Of a DNA stretch of 32,000 nt, positions 8,550 through 15,632 are shown one piece after another. Location: the NCBI RefSeq assembly GCF_000007145.1, contig NC_003902.1, forward strand, positions 3,566,497 to 3,598,496, written 5' to 3'. The notes beneath the pieces are model-generated. The model saw only the letters and a program-made list of their open reading frames with translations, had not been told where the DNA came from and did no database searches. Positions within the stretch are counted from its first letter, which is position 1. Each line of letters starts with the position of its first letter. The stretch is from Xanthomonas campestris pv. campestris str. ATCC 33913 (lineage in GTDB: Bacteria; Pseudomonadota; Gammaproteobacteria; Xanthomonadales; Xanthomonadaceae). The position numbers and the translations under genes are program-made.

Positions 8550-8673
8550 GGATGAACGCTCCAGACGGATGGCCCCGCGCGAATTACCGCGGGAGCCACA
8601 CATGGACCACCGCAGCCCGCATTCAATGTGCTGGCGCGCACGACCACGCCGCGCGCAGCCACCGAGCCCGGCA

Positions 8674-9201
8674 CTACGGTTCCGCGACCACCGGCGCGCG
8701 GCGCAGGATGTATTCGCGATCCAGGATGCGGCCGACCGGGAATTCGTACTCGCCGACCTTTTCGAAGCCGTAGCGAGCATAGAAACGCTGCGCGCCGAAG
8801 TTCTCCGACCACACGCCGATCCAGAGCGTGCCGGGCCCGTCGCGTTCCAGCCATTGCAGCGCGGTCTCGAACAGCCGGCTGCCCCAGCCGGTGTTCTGGT
8901 AGTCCTTCAGCAAATAGAGCCGCTTGAGCTCCCCATCGCCCGGTTGCACGTCTGCGTGCGGCAGCCCGCAGGGGCCGGCCGCGGCATGGCCGACCAGCAG
9001 GCCGTCCATTTCCAGCAGCCAGATCGCGTAGTCGGGATGCGCCAGCACGATGCGCGCGCGCTCGACCGCATAGGTTTCTTCCAGGAAACCGCGCAGGTCC
9101 TCTTCGGGATACAGATGGCCGAAGGTTTCGGTAAACGTCCGCGCGGCCAGGAGCGACAGCGCTTCGGCATCGTCGGGCGTGGCGCGGCGGATGCGGGTCA
9201 T
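8674..9201 (-). CDS. GNAT family N-acetyltransferase
   Basis: The 175-aa ORF starts IRRATPDDAEAL and contains the acetyl-CoA binding motif A region (LKRLYLLKDYQNTGWGSRLFETAL). ARYGFEKVGEYEF lies near the C-terminus. Confidence 0.85.
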   Translation of the reverse strand: MTRIRRATPDDAEALSLLAARTFTETFGHLYPEEDLRGFLEETYAVERARIVLAHPDYAIWLLEMDGLLVGHAAAGPCGLPHADVQPGDGELKRLYLLKDYQNTGWGSRLFETALQWLERDGPGTLWIGVWSENFGAQRFYARYGFEKVGEYEFPVGRILDREYILRRAPVVAEP

Positions 9202-9510
9202 GCGGGGCGTCTCGTGCAGGGTGACGTTGCAGCTTCTCGCATGCGGCCGCGCTCCCGCAAGCCTGGGTCGGGACGGTGGTCTGCGGGATCAGCGCGGTGC
9301 ATGCCAGGGCCGTGAGCCCTGCATGACGCAGGGATCTGTTTGCACCGGCGCGGTGGTCCTCAACGACAGCATGTCGGAGCGGCAACTGATGCACTCCGAG
9401 CAAGCACCGGGTGGATGATGCTTGCCGATGAAGACCGGCCCGATCAGCAGCCGCGCCCTACTGACCAAGACAACTCACCCAAAGCCGTCAACGCCGACTG
9501 ATCAACCAGG

Positions 9511-9536
9511 CACGGCCATGCCACTGCATGGCCGTG
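9511..9536 (-). terminator. Candidate aspS terminator hairpin (11-bp perfect stem, 4-nt loop)
   Basis: CACGGCCATGC-cact-GCATGGCCGTG lies 13 nt downstream of the aspS stop (9549-9551) on the minus strand. It is followed there by a modestly U-containing tract (CCUGGUUGAUCAG). There is no canonical U run. Confidence 0.55.
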
Positions 9537-9548
9537 CACTGCGGCAGG

Positions 9549-11315
9549 TCAGGCCTGCTTGGGCCGCACCTGCACGTGCACTTCGGCCAGCTGCTCGGCC
9601 GCGATCGGCGACGGGGCGTCGGTCATCAGGTCCTGCGCGCCGGTGGTCTTGGGGAACGGGATCACGTCGCGGATGGACTCGGTACCTGCCATCAGCGCGG
9701 CGATGCGGTCGATACCGAACGCAATGCCGCCATGCGGCGGCGCGCCGTAGTTCAGCGCATCCAGCAGGAAGCCGAACTTGGCGCGCGCTTCCTCGGCGCC
9801 GATGCCGAGCAGCTCGAACACCGCGCTCTGCATATCCGGGCGGTGGATACGGATCGAGCCGCCGCCGATTTCATTGCCGTTGAGCACCATGTCGTAGCCA
9901 CGCGACACCGCGGTGCGGGCGTTGGCACGCAGGTCGGCGATGTCGTCCACAGCCGGCGCGGTGAAGGGGTGATGCAGGGCCACGTAGCGCTGCGCCTCCT
10001 CGTCCCATTCGAACATCGGGAAGTCGGTGACCCACAACGGCGCCCAGCCGGCGGCGACCAGGCCAAAGTCCTTGCCGGCCTTCAGGCGCAGCGCGCCCAT
10101 GAAGTCGGACACCTTGTTGTAGCTGCCGGCACCGAAGAACACGATGTCGCCATTGGCCGCGCCCACATGGGCCAGCAGCGCTGCAAAGGCCTCTTCGCCG
10201 AAGAATTTGGCGATCGGCGAGCTCACCTCGCCGGTCTCCGACAGCTTGCTGTAGGCCAGGCCCTTGGCACCGTACTTGGCGGCGTGTGCGGCGTAGTCGT
10301 CGATCTGCTTGCGGCTCAGCGTGGCACCACCGGGGATGCGCAGCGCAGCCACGCGGCCGTCGGCATCGTTGGCGGCGGCGGCGAACACCGGGAATTCGCT
10401 GGTCTTGACCAGCTCGGCCACGTCGACCAATTCCAGCGCGATGCGCAGGTCCGGCTTGTCCGAACCATAGCGACGCATCGCCTCGGCCCAGGTCATGCGC
10501 GGGAACTGCGCGGCCAGCTCCACATCGACCACTTCCTTGAAGATGGCGCGGATCATGTCTTCCACGAAATCCTGCACGTCGCGCTCGCGCACGAAGGCAA
10601 ATTCCATATCGAGCTGGGTGAACTCCAGCTGGCGATCGGCGCGCAGCGCTTCGTCGCGGAAGCAGCGCGCGATCTGGTAGTAGCGGTCGAAGCCGGCCAC
10701 CATCAGGATCTGCTTGAACAGCTGCGGGCTCTGCGGCAACGCATAGAACTCGCCCGGATGCATGCGCGCCGGCACCAGGAAGTCGCGTGCGCCTTCCGGG
10801 GTGGCCTTGGTCAGGATCGGGGTTTCGATGTCCTGGAAGTCGCGTGCATCCAGATGCCGGCGCAGCGCCTGCACCAGCTTGATGCGGGTGCGCTGCATGC
10901 GCTGCATTTCCGGGCGACGCAGATCCAGATAGCGGTACTTCAGGCGGGTGTCTTCGCCCGGGTTCTCGTGCGCATGGAACGGCAGCGGCGCGGCTTTGTT
11001 GAGGATGGTGATGCGGGTGGCGATCACTTCCACCTTGCCGGTACGGATCTTGTCGTTGACCGCGTGGCGCGCGCGCACCACGCCTTCGACCTGCAACACG
11101 TCTTCGTAGCCCAGGCTGGCGGCCACCTTGAACACTTCCGCGGAGTTGGCGTCGCCTTCAGCGGGCTCCACGGTCACCTGCACGATGCCTTCGTGGTCGC
11201 GCAGGTCGATGAAACACACCCCACCCAAATTGCGGGCCACGTCGGTCCAGCCGGCGAGAGTGACGGTTTGGCCGATCAAGGTCTCATCGACCAGGCCGCA
11301 AAAGTGGGTACGCAT
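9549..11315 (-). CDS. aspS: Aspartate--tRNA ligase
   Basis: The track ORF is trimmed to the ATG at 11315 ([23 protein letters not shown]...). It has class II aaRS motifs ([32 protein letters not shown]) and the bacterial insertion domain. The product is 588 aa. Confidence 0.96.
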   Translation of the reverse strand: MRTHFCGLVDETLIGQTVTLAGWTDVARNLGGVCFIDLRDHEGIVQVTVEPAEGDANSAEVFKVAASLGYEDVLQVEGVVRARHAVNDKIRTGKVEVIATRITILNKAAPLPFHAHENPGEDTRLKYRYLDLRRPEMQRMQRTRIKLVQALRRHLDARDFQDIETPILTKATPEGARDFLVPARMHPGEFYALPQSPQLFKQILMVAGFDRYYQIARCFRDEALRADRQLEFTQLDMEFAFVRERDVQDFVEDMIRAIFKEVVDVELAAQFPRMTWAEAMRRYGSDKPDLRIALELVDVAELVKTSEFPVFAAAANDADGRVAALRIPGGATLSRKQIDDYAAHAAKYGAKGLAYSKLSETGEVSSPIAKFFGEEAFAALLAHVGAANGDIVFFGAGSYNKVSDFMGALRLKAGKDFGLVAAGWAPLWVTDFPMFEWDEEAQRYVALHHPFTAPAVDDIADLRANARTAVSRGYDMVLNGNEIGGGSIRIHRPDMQSAVFELLGIGAEEARAKFGFLLDALNYGAPPHGGIAFGIDRIAALMAGTESIRDVIPFPKTTGAQDLMTDAPSPIAAEQLAEVHVQVRPKQA

Positions 11316-11475
11316 CGAAAGCTCCGCTGAAAACCCGGCACAGGACGGCGCCGGAGAGCCCGATATTCTGGGGCCGGCGGGCGGCGGGAGCAAATGCGGA
11401 GGCGGTCACGGTCGCTTAAGTGAGCGCCCGGCTGAATAGGCACCACGCCTCTCTCGTATACCCAAGGACGCCACG

Positions 11476-12246
11476 ATGCTGCGCACCGCCCTGCTGATCT
11501 CCGGCTTTTGCCTCATCACCGTGACCGGCGCGGTGGGCAGCCGCCCGGCCGCCGCGCAGGACCGCGGCTGGAATGGCCCCAGCATCACCTGTGCCAGCAA
11601 CGACAACCGCCGCCGCGAATGCGATACGCCGTTCCGCGGCCGCGCGGTGCTGGTGGAGAACATCTCCGGCACCCGCTGCATCGAGGGCCGTAACTGGGGC
11701 AGCGACCGCGGCCGGGTCTGGGTGGACAACGGCTGCCGGGGGCGCTTCGTCGAAGGCCGCAGCGGGAATGGCGGCGGATGGGGCGGCGATGGTGGCCCAG
11801 GCGGGGTTGCCGGCACGGTGCGCTGCGAGAGCAACGACAAGCGCCAGAAGATCTGCGACACCGGCTGGCGCCGCGCCATCCTGGTGCGCCAGCTGTCCAA
11901 CACGCCCTGCGTGGAAGGCCGCAACTGGCGGCAGGACGGTGGCCGGATCTGGGTGGACGACGGCTGCCGGGGCGAGTTTGCGCAGGCACGCGGCGGCGGC
12001 TGGGACCGTGGTGACGGCGGCTACGGTGGCCGCGACGACCGCCCGCGCAACGATTACACCATCACCTGCAGCAGCGACGACCGCCGCCTGCGCACCTGCG
12101 GCTGGGATGGCCGGTATGGCCGGCCGGTGCTGACCCGCCAGCTGTCCGATACCCGCTGCGAAGAAGGCCACAGCTGGGGTTACGACCCGCGTCGCGCCAC
12201 CGTGTGGGTCAACGACGGCTGCCGCGCACGCTTCGAGGCGCGCTGA
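11476..12246 (+). CDS. Secreted DUF3011-type protein with three 4-Cys repeat modules
   Basis: A signal peptide (MLRTALLISGFCLITVTGAVGSRPAAAQD) is followed by three ~57-aa modules. Each has the pattern C-x-S-(N/D)-D-x-R-x-x-C ... (L)S..(R/P)C.EG..W(G) ... (V/I)WV(D/N)(D/N)GCR..F. The modules are joined by Gly-rich linkers (GNGGGWGGDGGPGG; GGGWDRGDGGYGG). Confidence 0.8.
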   Translation: MLRTALLISGFCLITVTGAVGSRPAAAQDRGWNGPSITCASNDNRRRECDTPFRGRAVLVENISGTRCIEGRNWGSDRGRVWVDNGCRGRFVEGRSGNGGGWGGDGGPGGVAGTVRCESNDKRQKICDTGWRRAILVRQLSNTPCVEGRNWRQDGGRIWVDDGCRGEFAQARGGGWDRGDGGYGGRDDRPRNDYTITCSSDDRRLRTCGWDGRYGRPVLTRQLSDTRCEEGHSWGYDPRRATVWVNDGCRARFEAR

Positions 12247-12552
12247 GGCCTGCGTCGGAATCTGAGCGGTAAGTGTCTTTGCGCCTGCGCATTCCAGCGC
12301 GGGTTGGCGTCGCTGCGGCTTGATACGCAGCGAGGCTGCGACAGAACTGTTTCAACGCAGACGACTTGGCAATGCGGAGTTGGTCGCAGGCGACTGCCGG
12401 TGCGCTGGCTTGGAGCTGCTATCAAAACGACTACGCAGCCGCCCGACGGGCGCAGCCGGTGGTCGAAATCAACATGTCCCTACGTAGACTCCGGTTCCCA
12501 TGCGCAGTGCGCACCCACCTGACGACTGCTCGCTACGTTTTGTTAGCCGTTC

Positions 12553-13200
12553 TTAGCCGCCCCAGGGTGCCGGCGGCAGCGCCACCGGCCGGGTAAGGTC
12601 GAATTCCACCCGGAACAGGCGCCCGTCCGGGCGGCTCAGTTCGTAGACCACACTCCGCCCCGGGTGGACCTCCATGGCCCAGGTGTTGTGCAGGGACGCC
12701 GCCGCGCCTTGCTGCTGGAACAGCGCGCGCGAGTCGGCATCGAGCGGGAATTCCTGGCGCGTGGCAGCGCCAGCGCTGACGGTGTGGCCGCCGTAATTGG
12801 TCAGTGCGTCCGCGCTGCCGTCGGCATGGCGATGCGCGTGCTTGAGGCGCAGCCCGGTGGCAGTGCGCGTCAACACCCAGGTGCGCGCGTGGTCGTTGCC
12901 GACATGGAACGGCACGCGCAGTTCGCGGGTGGGCGCATCGCAGCCGCGCACATGCATCACCAGCGCTTGCCCCGCAAATGGGCTGGGCGCCTTGGACGCT
13001 GGCGTGTCGATCAGCACGCGCCCGGCAAAGGCCTGCCCGCAGTAGGCGGCAAGCGCGGCCAGAAACTGGTCGGCTGGCGCGATGGTAGTTGCCGATGCTG
13101 GCGGCGGCGGTGTGGCGCAGCCGGCCAGGCCGGCGACCAGCGCCACCAGACACAGACCGGCGCGGATGCGACCAGGCCACCGCCGCGCCAGAGAGATCAC
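12553..13200 (-). CDS. Hypothetical lipoprotein
   Basis: The 215-aa ORF starts at the GTG at 13200. Its N-terminus MISLARRWPGRIRAGLCLVALVAGLAGC has a basic n-region, a hydrophobic core and an LAGC lipobox. I recognised no family. The start overlaps the stop of the upstream zinc-ribbon gene (GTGA). Confidence 0.65.
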   Translation of the reverse strand: MISLARRWPGRIRAGLCLVALVAGLAGCATPPPPASATTIAPADQFLAALAAYCGQAFAGRVLIDTPASKAPSPFAGQALVMHVRGCDAPTRELRVPFHVGNDHARTWVLTRTATGLRLKHAHRHADGSADALTNYGGHTVSAGAATRQEFPLDADSRALFQQQGAAASLHNTWAMEVHPGRSVVYELSRPDGRLFRVEFDLTRPVALPPAPWGG

Positions 13201-13496
13201 GCCGGGTCGGACGCGGGCTTGCTGGCCGGCTTGCTCTCGCTGGCCGCGGCCGGCTTCGCATCGCCACCGCTGCTGCTACTGCTACTTTCGGTGAGGTTCT
13301 TCTTTTTCTCGCCGGCGGATTTGAAATCGGTCTCGTACCAGCCGCTGCCCGAGAGGCGGAACGACGGCGCGGTGACCTGACGCTTGATGGCGTTGGCGCT
13401 GCAGGCGGGGCAGCTTTCCGGCACCGGGTCGGACATTTTCAGCAGCCGATCGAATTGATGGTCGCAGGCGGTGCACTGGAAGGCGTAGATAGGCAT
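13197..13496 (-). CDS. FmdB-family zinc-ribbon protein (CxxC...CxxC)
   Basis: MPIYAFQCTACDHQFDRLLKMSDPVPESCPACSANAIKRQVTAP is the canonical FmdB/CxxC_CxxC_SSSS N-terminus. It is followed by a low-complexity Ser/Lys/Ala-rich tail. Confidence 0.85.
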   Translation of the reverse strand: MPIYAFQCTACDHQFDRLLKMSDPVPESCPACSANAIKRQVTAPSFRLSGSGWYETDFKSAGEKKKNLTESSSSSSGGDAKPAAASESKPASKPASDPA

Positions 13497-14390
13497 GGTG
13501 AGTCAGCGGAAAGAGAACGCGAGGGCGCAGATTCTAGACCGCCGCGGACCGCTGCGCGCGTGGGCCGGCGCTGCGGGCATCTCGTGGACGGCCCGGCGCA
13601 GATGTGGTCACCGACGCGCATGGCAGCAGCGTTGCCGGCTGGTCGTGACTTGGGGCCGCGTGCATCGTCACCTGGGCTGGACTGCGGGAGACGGATGGCG
13701 GCGTGACGGCATTTCCGTACCGCAGGCAGCGGCGCTTTGCGTGCTTGGGCCGTGTTTGGCCGCAGCAGGACCGAGTGATCGGCAGACGGATTCGTCTGTC
13801 CGTAGTCGCTCGACGGAGCGGAGTACCTGAGAGCGTTCTGCCGAGGCCCTGCGAAGGCCGCCGTGCACGCCAGGCATTACATGCTGCAGCGCCCTGCCGC
13901 TGCGACTGTTTGCCACTGCAGTGAAAGGTCAGCGCCCGAATTCGCCTTTGCACCTCGCCCGATGCAAAGACAAGCCAGAAGCGTTCTACCTAGTTCCCCA
14001 CGAACGCCAATATGCGCGGCCTGCATCGCACTTTGCAGCCATCGCTCGCTACGGTTGGCGCCGCGGCAGCGCCCGCCATACCTCGCCTCCGCTACTCTTC
14101 ATCTACACTGCCCAGCGCACAGGTACCGCGGTACACATGCAGCCTCAAACAGAACAATGCTCCACATTCCCGCAGCGCAATATCCGCACATGACGCGCAA
14201 CGCGCCTCCATCCAGCCAGCCACTTACCTAGCGGATCACCGCCAAAAACACGCCCGTGCAGGTGTGCAAACACCGCAAAAACAGCGCGCGACAGCCATCA
14301 CACAGTCCCAGGTGAAACAGGCCACTGCCATCGAGCTGGTACACTTGGGCACGTGACCGACGCGCCTTTTCCCCCACGAGGGCCGCATTC

Positions 14391-15632
14391 GTGTTGCGGC
14401 TGACTGCGCTGTTGCTTGGCGTGGCCTTGTTGCTGACCGGCAGCGGGCTGCTGGGCACCTTGCTTGCCGTACGCGGTGGCCAAGCCGGCTTCGATGCGCG
14501 TGCATTGGGGTTGATCATGTCCGGCTACTTTGCCGGGTTCTTTCTGGGCACCTTCTTCGCACCGCCGCTGATCCGCCGGATCGGGCATATCCGCGCGTTT
14601 GCGTTTTATGCCGCGCTGGCCGCAATCGCGGTGCTGTTGCATCCGATCTGGCTCGATCCGTGGGGCTGGGGCCTGTTGCGCCTGGTCACCGGCGCCGCGC
14701 TGGTGGGCCTGTACACGGTGATCGAAAGTTGGCTCAACGCCGAGCCGGACGCGCGCCGCCGCAGCCGGGTGTTTTCGGTCTATATGGCGATCAACCTGTC
14801 GGCACTGGCGCTCGGCCAGGTATTGCTCAGTGCGGGCGATGCCACGGCGCCGGCGATGTTTACGCTCACTGCCATCCTGATCTGCGCGGCGGTGATGCCG
14901 GTGGTGACCACGCGGCTGATTCCGCCCGAGGTGCCGCACGTGTCGCGGCTGCGGCTGGTCACGCTGTATGCGCTGGCGCCGGTGGCGACCATCGGCGCCG
15001 GCCTGTCCGGGTTGGCGATGGGGGCGTTCTGGGGGCTGCTGCCGGTGTATGCCGACCGCATCGGGCTGGATGCCGACGGCGTGGCGATGTTCATGCTCAC
15101 CGCCATCGTGGGTGGCGCGGTGTTGCAGTGGCCGATCGGGCGCATCAGCGATGGCCACGACCGCCGCATTGGCCTGGTCACGGTGAGCGTGCTGGCCGCC
15201 GGCATCGCCATCGCCGCTGCGCTGCCGATGGTGCAGGCGCAGACGCAGGTGCTGTTCCTGCTGTTCTTCGTGTATGGCGGGCTGGCGTTCTCGCTGTATC
15301 CGTTCGCGGTGGCGCACATGCTCGATTACCTGCCGCGCGAGGATTTGTTGTCCGGCTGCAGCAGCCTGCTGCTGGTGCATGGCGTGGGCGCGGCGATTGG
15401 CCCGGCGCTGGCCGGCGGGGCCATGCAGAAATTCGGCCCGGCGGCGTTGCCTGCGTATTTCGCGCTGATGCTGCTGGCCCTGGCCGGCTTCACGCTGGCG
15501 CGCCTGTTGCGCTTCCAGCGCCTGCGCACCCATCCCATTGCGTTCCGCCCGATGTTGCGGACCACGCCATCGGCGCTGGAGCTGATGCCGGAAACCGATT
15601 CACCCTCCCCTCCTCACAAGGAAACACATTGA
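14391..15632 (+). CDS. ycaD: MFS transporter, YcaD-like
   Basis: The 413-aa ORF starts at a GTG with GAGGG 8 nt upstream and has about 12 TM segments. Several blocks resemble E. coli YcaD as I recall it: SGYFAGFFLGTFFAPPLIRRIGHIRAF, RLVTGAALVGLYTVIESWLN and LQWPIGRISD. Confidence 0.85.
   Translation: MLRLTALLLGVALLLTGSGLLGTLLAVRGGQAGFDARALGLIMSGYFAGFFLGTFFAPPLIRRIGHIRAFAFYAALAAIAVLLHPIWLDPWGWGLLRLVTGAALVGLYTVIESWLNAEPDARRRSRVFSVYMAINLSALALGQVLLSAGDATAPAMFTLTAILICAAVMPVVTTRLIPPEVPHVSRLRLVTLYALAPVATIGAGLSGLAMGAFWGLLPVYADRIGLDADGVAMFMLTAIVGGAVLQWPIGRISDGHDRRIGLVTVSVLAAGIAIAAALPMVQAQTQVLFLLFFVYGGLAFSLYPFAVAHMLDYLPREDLLSGCSSLLLVHGVGAAIGPALAGGAMQKFGPAALPAYFALMLLALAGFTLARLLRFQRLRTHPIAFRPMLRTTPSALELMPETDSPSPPHKETH

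Noticed and set aside
9202-9548. Small ORFs in the 347-bp GNAT-aspS gap. These are the 79-aa plus-strand ORF at 9179-9418 and a minus-strand frame with a lipobox-like LTALAC.
   Set aside because: Neither has a plausible Shine-Dalgarno plus start. The minus-strand frame only closes by running through the GNAT gene out of frame (track ORF 8546-9403). The gap is better explained as the GNAT promoter plus the aspS terminator hairpin (9511-9536).
9528-11330. A 600-aa plus-strand ORF antisense to aspS.
   Set aside because: aspS on the minus strand is unambiguous. The antisense product is low complexity (Arg/Ala/Gly/His/Val) without motifs.
11416-12171. A 251-aa Ala/Pro/Val-rich minus-strand ORF opposite the DUF3011 gene.
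   Set aside because: The plus-strand product has a signal peptide and a threefold exactly spaced 4-Cys module. That is far stronger evidence than the compositionally biased antisense frame.
12310-12333. A hairpin TCGCTGCG-N8-CGCAGCGA in the convergent DUF3011/lipoprotein gap, considered as a bidirectional terminator.
   Set aside because: It has only an 8-bp stem with no flanking T or A tract on either strand. It lies 64 nt from the DUF3011 stop and 220 nt from the lipoprotein stop. That is too weak to annotate.
14660-15628. The 5' extension of the 1108-aa track ORF, which would fuse about 320 extra residues onto the phosphatase/synthase.
   Set aside because: This part overlaps the ycaD coding frame, which has clear MFS topology, and translates to Arg/Gly/Ala-rich sequence. 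The HAD domain motif I (DLDGTF) appears only after 15629. A start with a good Shine-Dalgarno exists at the ycaD stop.
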